Program-made: the position numbers and the translations under genes
Source: Verrucomicrobiia bacterium
GTDB taxonomy: Bacteria > Verrucomicrobiota > Verrucomicrobiia > Palsa-1439
Assembly (NCBI GenBank): GCA_050015495.1
Contig: JBEKBH010000007.1
Coordinates: 43,061-107,060, forward strand
Length of the DNA: 64,000 nt
Direction: 5' to 3'
The notes under the pieces: generated by a model
What the model was told of the DNA's origin: nothing
Database searches by the model: none
The model's input: the letters and a program-made list of their open reading frames with translations, nothing else
Shown here: piece after piece, positions 18,110 through 27,047 of the stretch
Position numbering within the stretch: the first letter of the stretch is position 1
How the letters are laid out: each line of letters starts with the position of its first letter

Positions 18110-19687
18110 ATGGCGAACCTTTTCCTCGGACTGGACTGCAGCACGCAGAGTCTGTCGGCGATGGTGATCGACCACGATGCCCGGCGGATCGTTTACCACC
18201 ACTCGCTCAACTTCGATCAGGCACTGCCGCATTATAGGACGCAGAACGGCGTATTGCGCAGCCAGGACCCGCTCGTCGCCCACAGCCCGCCGCTGATGTG
18301 GGTCGAAGCGCTCGACACGCTGTTGGCGCAAATGAAAATGGACGGCGTGCCGCTAGGCGAAGTCCTGGCCGTCAGCGGCAGCGGACAACAACACGGTTCC
18401 GTGTACCTCAACCGCCGCGCGCGGGGTGCGCTGGGGCGGCTCGACGCCACAACACCGCTCGTCAAAAATCTACACGGCGTGTTCTCGCGGGCCACATCCC
18501 CGATCTGGATGGATTCCTCGACCAGCGTCGAGTGCGCCGAGATTCGCGATGCTCTTGGCGGGGTCAAAGCCACGGCACAAGCGACCGGCTCGGACGCGTT
18601 CGAGCGGTTCACGGGGCCGCAAATCCGCAAATTCTACAAGACCGAGCCTGACGGTTACGCCCGGACTGCGACGATTGCGTTGGTGAGTTCGTTCCTCGCC
18701 TCGATTATCGCGGGCAAGGTCGCGCCGATCGATCCCGGTGACGGCGCGGGTATGAACCTCATGGACGTCCGCAAAAACGCGTGGCATCCGGGGGCGTTGA
18801 GAGCGACCGCGCCACAGTTGCGGAAGAAACTTCCATCGCTCGCCCGGTCGTCGAAAGTCATCGGCAACATCAGCCCGTATTTCGTGAAGAGATATGGTTT
18901 CGATGCGAAGGCCAAGGCGCTGGTCTGGTCCGGTGACAACCCGTGCAGCGTGATCGGGCTCGGCCTCATCAAGGAAGGCACCGTGGCCATCAGCCTCGGC
19001 ACGAGCGATACGCTGTTCGGTTATATGCGACGGTGCCGCGTGGATGACCGCGGCGAAGGGCACGTGTTCGGCGCGCCCACGGGGGATTACATGAGCCTCA
19101 TCTGTTTCAAGAACGGCTCGCTGGCCCGCGAACGCGTCCGCGACATGTACCGGCTGGATTGGGACGGTTTCAACCGGGCGCTCGACGCGACCCCGCCCGG
19201 CAACAGCGGCGCGGTCATGCTGCCGTGGTTCGAGGCGGAAATCGTCCCGCGCGTCAACCGTCCCGGCATCCATCGGTTCGACCTCGATCCGAACGACGCG
19301 GCGGCGAATTGCCGGGCCGTCGTCGAGGCGCAACTGATGTCAATGCGGCTCCACTCGCAATGGATGAAAGTCCGACCGAAACAGATTTGCGCGACCGGCG
19401 GCGCATCCACCAACCGCGCGATCCTGCAAATCATGGCGGATGTGTTCGACTGTCCCGTCGTCCGCATCGAGGTCGCCAAGAGCGCCGCCCTCGGCGCAGC
19501 GCTCCGCGCGGCTCACGGCTGGCTGGCGCATTCCGGGAGGAAACCGCGGTGGCAGGATGTCGTTGCCGGGTTCACCGATCCGCTTCCCGACAGCGAGGTT
19601 CGTCCCCGCGCGACATCGGCACGGGTGTACGGTCGATTGATGGAGAAGTACGCCACGCACGAGCGGGAGGCGATCCAGGAGGGGTGA
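18110..19687 (+). CDS. xylB: FGGY-family carbohydrate kinase, xylulokinase-like
   Basis: LGLDCSTQS, SGSGQQHGSVY, ERFTGPQIRK, SGDNP, SLGTSDT, TGGAS. Confidence 0.85.
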   Translation: MANLFLGLDCSTQSLSAMVIDHDARRIVYHHSLNFDQALPHYRTQNGVLRSQDPLVAHSPPLMWVEALDTLLAQMKMDGVPLGEVLAVSGSGQQHGSVYLNRRARGALGRLDATTPLVKNLHGVFSRATSPIWMDSSTSVECAEIRDALGGVKATAQATGSDAFERFTGPQIRKFYKTEPDGYARTATIALVSSFLASIIAGKVAPIDPGDGAGMNLMDVRKNAWHPGALRATAPQLRKKLPSLARSSKVIGNISPYFVKRYGFDAKAKALVWSGDNPCSVIGLGLIKEGTVAISLGTSDTLFGYMRRCRVDDRGEGHVFGAPTGDYMSLICFKNGSLARERVRDMYRLDWDGFNRALDATPPGNSGAVMLPWFEAEIVPRVNRPGIHRFDLDPNDAAANCRAVVEAQLMSMRLHSQWMKVRPKQICATGGASTNRAILQIMADVFDCPVVRIEVAKSAALGAALRAAHGWLAHSGRKPRWQDVVAGFTDPLPDSEVRPRATSARVYGRLMEKYATHEREAIQEG

Positions 19688-19697
19688 GGCCGTTCAC

Positions 19698-19733
19698 CAC
19701 GAAGTACACGAAGCAGACACGAAGGGCACGAAG
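19698..19733 (+). repeat. Four CACGAAG units at 9-11 nt period
   Basis: Read directly; two related units occur on the minus strand at about 31581-31597. Confidence 0.85.
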
Positions 19734-19754
19734 ACGGCGAGGCCGGGGCGCTGA

Positions 19755-19782
19755 CCCGGCCTTCGCTGAAGCTACGGCGGGC
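19755..19782 (+). repeat. REP-like imperfect palindrome CCCGGCCTTCGCTGAAGCTACGGCGGGC
   Basis: Hairpin-forming intergenic motif; single copy in this window. Confidence 0.5.
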
Positions 19783-19827
19783 GATGAAGCGAGGGGGAAG
19801 AGTGAGGAGGTGGCAGGATGTCCGGAG

Positions 19828-19927
19828 GATCGCTGATACCTAGTAGTACTAGGCATCGGGCTGACGCACGATACATTGCACTGCAATGTATCGCGGGGGG
19901 GGGCGGGCAAAGCACGAGCGCGGGAGA
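19828..19927 (+). repeat. Dispersed element X, copy 1 (core palindrome CGATACATTGCA-C-TGCAATGTATCG at 19869-19893)
   Basis: Aligns by eye at roughly 80% with the reverse complement of 33776-33883. Confidence 0.88.
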
Positions 19928-20048
19928 TCATCGGCAAAGAACCGGGTGACCAATCGCAATTATAGAAGTGTGGGAGGCAGTGGGCTTATTGAGGTCTCAT
20001 CATTCACCCTGACATGCTGCAAGCGCCGCCTGAACCGTAGCCTCTCGG

Positions 20049-20354
20049 TCACTTCGGCTCGGCACGCTGCTTCCAGTAATCCGGGCGTCTCTTAGCATGG
20101 GCAATGGCTGCGATCCAAATCGCGTTGGGCCGTTGCATATAGAAGATCGAATACGGGAAGCGTTCCACCAGATACTTTCGAAATCGCGGGTCAACATGCG
20201 ATGGCCATGCTTGCGGGCTTTGTTGAATCTTCCGGAATGCCTGCTCGACACTGGCGAGGAAGTCCAATCCCAAGCCTGACACTTTGGATTCGTAGTAAGC
20301 GATCGCGCCATCCAATTCGGCTTTCGCCAACGGATGGACGAGGAGGGGTTTCAC
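20049..20354 (-). CDS. RelE/ParE-family type II toxin
   Basis: VHPLAKAELDGAIAYYE..GLGLDF..RKYLVERFPYSIFY..IAAIAHAKRRPDYW; GTG start overlaps the antitoxin stop. Confidence 0.9.
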   Translation of the reverse strand: MKPLLVHPLAKAELDGAIAYYESKVSGLGLDFLASVEQAFRKIQQSPQAWPSHVDPRFRKYLVERFPYSIFYMQRPNAIWIAAIAHAKRRPDYWKQRAEPK

Positions 20355-20581
20355 GAGTATTTGGCGCGCATTTCCCGCAGGAGTTTTTCCGCCGGCTCGC
20401 CGGTGACACGACCGCTTTGAATCTCTTCGGCCCGCCGCTTCAACTCCTCGTCCCACGCCGCGGCAACGCCCTGTTCTTCGTCGCCATCCAGCGATTCGAT
20501 GAGGAACCGAACCAGCTCCGCGCGGTCGTCGGGCGTGAGGCCCGCCAACTCCGATTTCATGCGCTCCGCTTTCGCCGTCAT
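20351..20581 (-). CDS. Addiction-module antitoxin (putative, TIGR02574-like)
   Basis: LTPDDRAELVRFLIESLD..AAWDEELKRRAEEIQSG; translationally coupled to the toxin. Confidence 0.88.
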   Translation of the reverse strand: MTAKAERMKSELAGLTPDDRAELVRFLIESLDGDEEQGVAAAWDEELKRRAEEIQSGRVTGEPAEKLLREMRAKYS

Positions 20582-20814
20582 GCCAGTAGTTTGCTCCGTT
20601 CCCCGGCTTCCGTCAACTGTGCACTGTGGTTCTTCCATGCGGTCACGTGAAGACGGATACCTTCGGTCGATTGCTGTGCGGGGTCGGGAGATTGCCGCAA
20701 AGGAACGGAGCGGCGTTTGCGACCGGGGCAAGACGTGGCCGCGTCTCGCGGACTCGGCTCCGTCGGACTCGGCTCACGCACAACCAGGCTTGCCCGTCGA
20801 ATGGGGGGTGCACT

Positions 20815-20900
20815 TTTTTTGATCTGTCATCGGAATTTTATGGACAAGTGATATACGGTAGCGTATAGTCGGGGCGTTTTGGGTTGTTTGACATAGGGGG
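20815..20900 (+). promoter_or_regulatory. Dispersed element Y, copy 1, with sigma70-like promoter TGGACA(20841)-N17-TATAGT(20864)
   Basis: About 85% identical by eye to the reverse complement of 31611-31695; hexamers and 17-nt spacing are conserved. Confidence 0.82.
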
Positions 20901-20937
20901 GGAATGCAGGAAACGACGGGCGGTGAGGCCGGGGACG

Positions 20938-20962
20938 CGGCTCGCCGGGAGGCTCGCCCTCC
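20938..20962 (+). repeat. REP-like CGGCTCGCCGGGAGGCTCGCCCTCC
   Basis: Identical 25-mer on the minus strand at 31351-31375; GGGAGG/CCTCCC stem. Confidence 0.88.
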
Positions 20963-20984
20963 CAAATGCAGCGGGGCGGCCGGT

Positions 20985-21009
20985 CCGCGTTTATGAAACG
21001 CGGCTACAA
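20985..21009 (-). repeat. GTAG-type REP hairpin TTGTAGCCGCGTTTCATAAACGCGG
   Basis: TGTAGC tag + 8-bp stem/3-nt loop; related copies at 31320 and 31555. Confidence 0.8.
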
Positions 21010-21056
21010 ATGGCGACCTCGAGGAAACAGGGTTGCGCAAAAAGGGGGAAATTGCG

Positions 21057-21155
21057 AAACGAACCCACCGATATCGGATCGAAACTACGTGTGGATGTGA
21101 TTGTGGGAGAGGTTGTTGGAAAAACACGGGTCGCGTTTTTTCGGTGGGTTCGTTT
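21057..21155. repeat. Perfect 15-bp inverted repeat AAACGAACCCACCGA / TCGGTGGGTTCGTTT around a 69-nt spacer
   Basis: Arms at 21057-21071 and 21141-21155. Confidence 0.85.
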
Positions 21156-21260
21156 GGGTTCGGTCGGCTGGTTGCCGAGGCGTTTCGGTGTGCCGGCGAT
21201 GGTTTATCACGTCATTTCTGGCGCGTTCCGGCACCGCGTCGGGCAACCGGGGGAGGCTGA

Positions 21261-22070
21261 CTAGATCGTTTGGGCGAGGAATCCGCCGTCGACGCAGATG
21301 TCCGCGCCCGTCACAAAGCTGCTGGCCTTCGCGCTGGCGAGGAACACGACCGCGCCGATCAATTCCTCGCTGTTGCCGAGTCGTCCCATCGGCGTGTGGT
21401 CGAGGATCAACCGGGCACGCGGCGTCGGCGAGCCGTCCTTGTTGAACAGGAGCGCGCGATTCTGGTCGGCGGGGAAGAATCCCGGGGTGATCGAGTTCAC
21501 GCGGACGCCGTTCCTGGCCCATTCGTGCGCGAGAAACCGCGTGAGGTTCAGCGCGGCTGCTTTCGCCGCCGAGTACGCGACCACGCGCGACAGCGGCAGG
21601 TGTCCCGAGACGCTGGCGATGTTGATGATCGATCCGCGGCCGCGTTTCGCCATCGCCGATCCGAATTCCTGGCAGGGCAGGAGTACGCCGCCGACAAGGT
21701 TGAGGTCGAACACCGCGGCCCAATTGGCGTGGGGAATGTCCTCGAACTTCAAATCGGGTGTGACGGTCGCTTTCGGGTCGTTTCCGCCGGCGGCATTCAC
21801 CAGGATCGTCGGGCACCCGAGTGAGTTGGCAATATGCTCGTGGGCAGCGCGGAGACCGTCGCGTTTCATCGCGTCGGTCGCGAAGAATCGCGCTGTTCCG
21901 CCCGATTTTTTGATGGCACGGACGCGAGCTTCCCCGCGTTCGGGATTGCGGCCAACCACGGCCACCGCAGCGCCGGCGGCGGCCAATCCTTCCGCCATGG
22001 CTCCGCCGAGCGCGCCCGTCCCTCCGATCACCACGGCGACTTCGCCGGTCAGGTCAAACAAATTTGTCAT
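21261..22070 (-). CDS. SDR-family oxidoreductase (sugar/sugar-acid dehydrogenase, UxuB/Gno-like)
   Basis: GGTGALG, NAAGG, YSAAKAA, VRVNSITPGFF. Confidence 0.88.
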   Translation of the reverse strand: MTNLFDLTGEVAVVIGGTGALGGAMAEGLAAAGAAVAVVGRNPERGEARVRAIKKSGGTARFFATDAMKRDGLRAAHEHIANSLGCPTILVNAAGGNDPKATVTPDLKFEDIPHANWAAVFDLNLVGGVLLPCQEFGSAMAKRGRGSIINIASVSGHLPLSRVVAYSAAKAAALNLTRFLAHEWARNGVRVNSITPGFFPADQNRALLFNKDGSPTPRARLILDHTPMGRLGNSEELIGAVVFLASAKASSFVTGADICVDGGFLAQTI

Positions 22071-22176
22071 GGCATCATTCTCGTTTCACGATCAAGCGGC
22101 ACTCGTCCACGCAACGCCCGCGCGGCACAAATTGTCTTCTTGCCTCGCGCCCGGCGAGTCCGTAAGGTTTCGCCCG

Positions 22177-22875
22177 ATGCGCGTGGCGCTCTTCATCCCC
22201 TGCTTCATCGACCAACTCTTCCCCAACGTGGGAATCGCGATGGTCACCGTGCTCCGTCGGCTACAGGTCGAGGTGGATTATCCACCCGACCAAACCTGCT
22301 GCGGTCAACCGGCATTCAACACGGGCTATTGGGACGAGGCCCGCGCGCTCGCGAAGCGGTATTGTGAAATTTTCGCCGATGCCGATGCTATCGTCAGCCC
22401 GTCCGGTTCGTGCACGGCCATGGTTCGAAACTTCTACCCCGAACTCCTCGGCAAAGCAACGAAAACGACGGCGCATACCTACGAGTTTGCCGAGTTCCTC
22501 GTCAAGAAGCTGGGGGTAACGGACGTGGGCGCGAAGTTTCCCGGGCGCGTGACCTATCATGACTCCTGCCACGCGCTCCGCGAACTCCGCTTGAAAGACG
22601 AGCCGCGCCAACTGCTGCGGCGCGTGCAGGGCCTCGAATTGGTCGAAATGGACCAGGCGGAGACCTGTTGCGGGTTTGGCGGAACGTTTTCGGTAAAATT
22701 CCCGATGATCTCGTATGCGATGGACGAAGTGAAGGTCACCTCGATCCAGAAAACCGGGGCCGAGTACGTCGTCTCGACGGATTCGAGTTGCCTGATGCAA
22801 ATTGACGGCTACCTGCGGCGCCAGAATCTGCCGATCAAAACCATCTCGCTGGCGGAGGTATTGGCGGCGACATGA
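22177..22875 (+). CDS. lutA: Lactate utilization Fe-S protein A (CCG domains)
   Basis: QTCCGQPAFNTG, YHDSCH, CCGFGGTFSVK. Confidence 0.9.
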   Translation: MRVALFIPCFIDQLFPNVGIAMVTVLRRLQVEVDYPPDQTCCGQPAFNTGYWDEARALAKRYCEIFADADAIVSPSGSCTAMVRNFYPELLGKATKTTAHTYEFAEFLVKKLGVTDVGAKFPGRVTYHDSCHALRELRLKDEPRQLLRRVQGLELVEMDQAETCCGFGGTFSVKFPMISYAMDEVKVTSIQKTGAEYVVSTDSSCLMQIDGYLRRQNLPIKTISLAEVLAAT

Positions 22876-24266
22876 CGACGGCGGCCCGGTTGCAATTCGA
22901 GCACGACGCGACGGTCAAGACCGGCGACCTGCGGCATCGCGCTGTCATCCAGAAGAACATCGGCACGTACGAAATCGCGGTGGCGAAAGGCAAGACGCGA
23001 TTTGCTGACTGGGAGAACGCCCGCTCGCACGCCGCCGCCATCAAATGGGAAACGATCAATCATCTCGACCGTTACCTCGAACAATTCGAGCGGAACGTGC
23101 TGGCGAACGGCGGCCATGTGTTCTGGGCGGAGACGGCCGAGGACGCGCGCGGTCACGTGTTGGAATTGGCGCACCGCCATGGCGTCCAGAAGGTCGTCAA
23201 ATCCAAGTCGATGACGACCGAGGAGATCCATCTCAACGCGGCGCTCGAGGCCGCGGGCATTCGTTCGATCGAGACCGATCTTGGCGAGTACATCTGCCAG
23301 ATCCGCGGCGAACATCCCTACCACATCGTCACGCCAGTCATGCACCTGACGAAGGCGGATATCGCCCAGACGTTCCAAGAGAAACTGGGCACGCCGCTTA
23401 CCGAGAGCGCCGAGGAATTGACCATGATCGCCCGCGCGAAGTTGCGGCGGGAGTTTATGACGGCGGACATGGGCATTACCGGAGGCAATTTCGCAATTGC
23501 CGACACCGGAATGATCGCGCTGACCGAGAACGAGGGCAACGCGCGCCTGAGTTTTTCGCTGCCGCGCGTGCACGTGGCCATCGTGGGCATCGAGAAATTG
23601 ATCCCGTGCCTGGAAGACCTGGCGTTGCTCTGGCCGTTGCTCGCGGCCAGCGCCACGGGACAGGCGATCACGGCGTACAGCTCGCTGATCGGCGGCCCGC
23701 GGGGGGAACGCGAAGCGGACGGTCCACAGGAGTTTCACGTCATCCTGCTCGACAACGGCCGCACGCGGCTGCTGGCCGACGTGGAACAGCGCGACGCGCT
23801 CCATTGCATCCGTTGCGGCGCATGCCTGAACGCGTGCCCGGTTTACAAGAACATCGGCGGCCATGCGTACGGCACGACGTATCAGGGGCCCATCGGCTCG
23901 GTGATCACGCCGCACCTGCGCGATGCGCAGGAGTGGTCCCATCTGCCGTACGCCAGTTCGTTGTGCGGCGCGTGTACGGACGTGTGCCCCGTGCGGATCG
24001 ATTTGCACCATCACCTGCTCCACAACCGGCGCAACGCGGTCCGGAGCGGGTTTGACAGCCTTGTCCAGCGTTTCGGTTTTCGCGTCTGGTTGTGGGCCAT
24101 GCAATCCCCGGGGCGCTACGCCATCGCGGCGAAGCTCGGCAACTTCGCGTTGCGACGGGGCATGGCGGGACGCCTGTTGAAACCGTGGACCGCCCGCCGC
24201 GATTTTCCCGTCCCGACCAAACAGAGCTTCAAAGAGTATTGGAGGCAGCATGGACGTCGCGCGTGA
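22872..24266 (+). CDS. lutB: Lactate utilization Fe-S protein B
   Basis: KSKSMTTEE, ETDLGEY, CIRCGACLNACPVY, SSLCGACTDVCPV. Confidence 0.93.
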   Translation: MTTAARLQFEHDATVKTGDLRHRAVIQKNIGTYEIAVAKGKTRFADWENARSHAAAIKWETINHLDRYLEQFERNVLANGGHVFWAETAEDARGHVLELAHRHGVQKVVKSKSMTTEEIHLNAALEAAGIRSIETDLGEYICQIRGEHPYHIVTPVMHLTKADIAQTFQEKLGTPLTESAEELTMIARAKLRREFMTADMGITGGNFAIADTGMIALTENEGNARLSFSLPRVHVAIVGIEKLIPCLEDLALLWPLLAASATGQAITAYSSLIGGPRGEREADGPQEFHVILLDNGRTRLLADVEQRDALHCIRCGACLNACPVYKNIGGHAYGTTYQGPIGSVITPHLRDAQEWSHLPYASSLCGACTDVCPVRIDLHHHLLHNRRNAVRSGFDSLVQRFGFRVWLWAMQSPGRYAIAAKLGNFALRRGMAGRLLKPWTARRDFPVPTKQSFKEYWRQHGRRA

Positions 24267-24828
24267 AAATATTCTTCGGCGCGTTCGTGCCGGGTTGGCT
24301 GTCGAGGCGCATCGACCGCTTCCGCCTACGGACGCGCCCGTTTTCCCGGCGGTCGCCGACGTTGAGAGCCGGTTCCGTGCGGAATTTGCAGCGGTGCGCG
24401 GCGAGATCATCGAGGATGACGCGGCGTTGCGCACGTTCTTGAATGGTTTTGCGAAAATCGCCACGGATGGCGGGGAATTGACGACCAAAGCCGTCGGTGA
24501 GCCAAACGCCAGTGTTCGCGAGTGTGATCTCGGGGTAACGGGGTGCGACTGCCTCGTGGCGCAAACCGGCTCGATTGTCGTCTCGACGCTCTCGGCGGGT
24601 GGTCGAGCGTTGTCGGTACTGCCGCCAACCCACCTCGTCATCGCCCGGCAAGAGCAGATTGTTCCCGATTTGTCATCGGCCTTGGCGCTGCTGCACAAAC
24701 GCTACGACAGACACTGGCCGAGCGCGCTTTCCGTGATTACCGGACCGAGCCGCACGGCCGACATCGAGAAGATCCTGGTAATGGGTGCCCACGGCCCGAA
24801 GCGGTTGGCGCTTTACTTTGCGGATTGA
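24250..24828 (+). CDS. lutC: Lactate utilization protein C (LUD domain)
   Basis: ITGPSRTADIEKILVMGAHGP. Confidence 0.92.
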   Translation: MDVARENILRRVRAGLAVEAHRPLPPTDAPVFPAVADVESRFRAEFAAVRGEIIEDDAALRTFLNGFAKIATDGGELTTKAVGEPNASVRECDLGVTGCDCLVAQTGSIVVSTLSAGGRALSVLPPTHLVIARQEQIVPDLSSALALLHKRYDRHWPSALSVITGPSRTADIEKILVMGAHGPKRLALYFAD

Positions 24829-25919
24829 GCGGGCTCGAGCAGGTCAACGTCCACGATGCGCTCGGGCTGTTCCGGTTTGTGTGAGGTCGGCGATTTGGGA
24901 TTCTGTATCGGCTCGCGTTTGCGCCACCGGGGCGCAAAATAAAAGCCGAGCACCAATGCCGCCGCAATCAACTGCGCCAGGATCGTCTCGGTGGTCGGGA
25001 AGACGGAGAACCAGACTCCCATCCACGCGGGGATGACATCGACCAGCGGGCGAATCGGGGTGGCTGGAATCCAATGGGCCAGTTGCATCTCCTGGGCTTG
25101 TTCGCCAACCATGACGAGCAACACAAAGCCGAGCATGATCCCGGTTAACACGAGCATTCTTCGATAGGGCAGTTGTCGATGCGCAACGAACGTGAGGACC
25201 GCAACGATGCCGGTGAATAACAGCCCGAGCAGCGCCCCTTCGAGCACGAGTTTCCCGCCCATTCGCAGATAGTAGCTTTGCAGGAAGAGCACCACTTCAA
25301 ATCCCTCGCGATACAGCGAGGCGAATCCCAGCAGGCACAACCCGCGCAGGAGACGAGCTCGGGATATCTGCGCGCGGCCGGCGTTGAGGAGCAGCTTCTT
25401 CTTCGTCTTGTTGTGCATGGAGATCCAACCACCCCAGTAGACCTTGTGGAAGAACCAATTCATAACGACCAACAGGACGACGACCGCCAGCAACCCGGTC
25501 GCGGCCTGAAGGTTCAGCGCCGAGATGCTTGAGGACAGATCATTGACAACCGTCACAGCAATAAGCCAGGTGGCGAGCGTCGCCATAAACCCGATTCCCG
25601 CGCCAACGGCAATCGGACGCCGATAGGCCTGCTGGCCGCCCACCATACTGGCCGTGATTGCGGAGAGCACCAAAATGCACTCCAGTCCCTCGCGGAACAC
25701 GAGTACCCCAATGTCGAGCAACGCAACCGTCGGGCTGAGGTGCGGAGCGGTAGGGTCCGGGTTGCCCCTGGCCGTGACCCCCTGCCAGATCAGGACGCCG
25801 GCCACAAGCGCCGCGCCGGCCAACAAAAGAAAGCGAAGACCCGCGCGTTTTCGCCTGGCCCTGAACCACGTCACGGGCCGGGGCAAACCGACTGCTTCCT
25901 GGATTGAAGATTTTCCCAT
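24813..25919 (-). CDS. FTR1-family iron permease
   Basis: Two REGxE motifs (FREGLE, YREGFE); multiple TM helices. Confidence 0.9.
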   Translation of the reverse strand: MGKSSIQEAVGLPRPVTWFRARRKRAGLRFLLLAGAALVAGVLIWQGVTARGNPDPTAPHLSPTVALLDIGVLVFREGLECILVLSAITASMVGGQQAYRRPIAVGAGIGFMATLATWLIAVTVVNDLSSSISALNLQAATGLLAVVVLLVVMNWFFHKVYWGGWISMHNKTKKKLLLNAGRAQISRARLLRGLCLLGFASLYREGFEVVLFLQSYYLRMGGKLVLEGALLGLLFTGIVAVLTFVAHRQLPYRRMLVLTGIMLGFVLLVMVGEQAQEMQLAHWIPATPIRPLVDVIPAWMGVWFSVFPTTETILAQLIAAALVLGFYFAPRWRKREPIQNPKSPTSHKPEQPERIVDVDLLEPAQSAK

Positions 25920-25948
25920 CGTGAACCTGTGTTACCTGCCTACTTTCA

Positions 25949-26368
25949 TCACTCCAACAGGGCTGCGATCTCCTGAACGTGTTCCGTCTCCACGCTGATC
26001 TGTTTGCGGATGAAATCCTCGAGCATCGTATCGCCGGTCACACGCGGTAACACTTCCTTGTACGCGTCCAGTGCCTGGCGTTCGACCTCCAGCATCTCGG
26101 CGAGCGCGTCCTGCAAATTCGTCGGGCCGCCGCGCAACTCCAACTCGATCTTGATCTGCGGGATATGGCCGAGCACGCGAATCTGTTTGGCAATCGCCTC
26201 GGCGTGCTCCAGCGTCTCACGCGTGCCTTCGTCGAACAACTTCTCCGCCGCCAACCGATCGACCCCGCGCAGGCGGTATTTCATCTGAAAGTAACGGAGA
26301 AACGCCTCCAATTCCTCCGCCATCAGGCGATTCAAGTCCTCGACAATTTCGCTGCGGTCCGTCTTCAT
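25949..26368 (-). CDS. Ferritin-like (bacterioferritin-type) di-iron protein
   Basis: EELEAFLRY..ETLEHAE..EVERQALDAY..ETEHVQE pattern; ATGA overlap with the regulator. Confidence 0.82.
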   Translation of the reverse strand: MKTDRSEIVEDLNRLMAEELEAFLRYFQMKYRLRGVDRLAAEKLFDEGTRETLEHAEAIAKQIRVLGHIPQIKIELELRGGPTNLQDALAEMLEVERQALDAYKEVLPRVTGDTMLEDFIRKQISVETEHVQEIAALLE

Positions 26369-26895
26369 AGGCTCGCGTGCTGCAATTCCTCGATCAGGCA
26401 ATGGCCGTGGCACACTTCGCACGTCTTGCTATCGGGGCATTGATCGTGAAAATCCCTGAATCGCGCGAGCACCTGCTTCGCGAGCGGATCCCCCGAAATA
26501 AGGAACCTCATGAAATGGACCAGTTGTTCGCCTGTGGGCTGGCTGATCAGATGCTCGACCTTGCAACTGTCGATTTCCGCCTGCGGTTCGGGAACGTTGA
26601 GGACATTACTTAGAAATGCTTTCACGACGGCCTTCTTGGCCATCACGGTTTGCACGGCTTTCTGGCCTTTCGGGGAAAGCTTCACCATGTGGTGCTCGTC
26701 GGTATCGACCCATCCGCGTTTCTTGAGCGCCCGCAAGTTGATGGACACGCTGCCGCGCGTGATGCTCAACTCGCGGGCGATGTCGGAGACGCGAGCCCAG
26801 CCGCCGTATTCGAGACCGACCTCGTAAATGGCGAGGAGATGATGAGCGGCGCTGTGAGTCAGCTCATTGGCCTCGAATTCCTTCCACGTTTCCAT
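26365..26895 (-). CDS. DtxR/MntR-family metal-dependent repressor with Cys-rich tail
   Basis: SAAHHLLAIY, ARVSDIARELSITRGSVS (HTH), DSCKVEHLIS; C-terminal CPDSKTCEVCHGHC. Confidence 0.88.
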   Translation of the reverse strand: METWKEFEANELTHSAAHHLLAIYEVGLEYGGWARVSDIARELSITRGSVSINLRALKKRGWVDTDEHHMVKLSPKGQKAVQTVMAKKAVVKAFLSNVLNVPEPQAEIDSCKVEHLISQPTGEQLVHFMRFLISGDPLAKQVLARFRDFHDQCPDSKTCEVCHGHCLIEELQHASL

Positions 26896-26919
26896 GACTG
26901 ATGGATTTATACGACACTT

Positions 26920-26935
26920 GTTTGGCATGTCAAAC
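26920..26935. promoter_or_regulatory. Candidate DtxR/MntR-type operator GTTTG-GCATGT-CAAAC
   Basis: Palindrome 25 nt upstream of the regulator start; 10/14 match to the box at 39695. Confidence 0.5.
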
Positions 26936-27047
26936 AGAAAACGGATAATTTTTGTCCGCTTATGATTTGGCACTCGCCGCTTCACAAATCACTTCCCCAA
27001 ATATGGACGACCCAGTATATTGCGCTCAACCGTAAGGAGGTTGTGGG

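Noticed and set aside
19698-19733. CACGAAG and other short repeats as a CRISPR array
   Set aside because: Units are 7-11 nt without unique spacers, and there are no cas genes; the Cas4-like domain is part of a helicase fusion.
19828-19927. X as an integron attC site
   Set aside because: No RYYYAAC...GTTRRRY ends or extrahelical-base pattern, and no integron integrase in the window.
19683-20931. 10-bp direct repeat GGTGAGGCCG (19683, 20922) as a target duplication of locus A
   Set aside because: Short and GC-rich, and locus B shows no equivalent duplication; compatible with chance.
21298-22176. Long N-terminal extensions from the ORF track (lutA, helicase from 3443, USP to 38761, VOC to 34975)
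   Set aside because: They overlap well-supported genes; the downstream starts match family N-termini and RBS or overlap signals.
22809-24698. 629-aa minus-strand ORF
   Set aside because: Antisense shadow of lutB/lutC.
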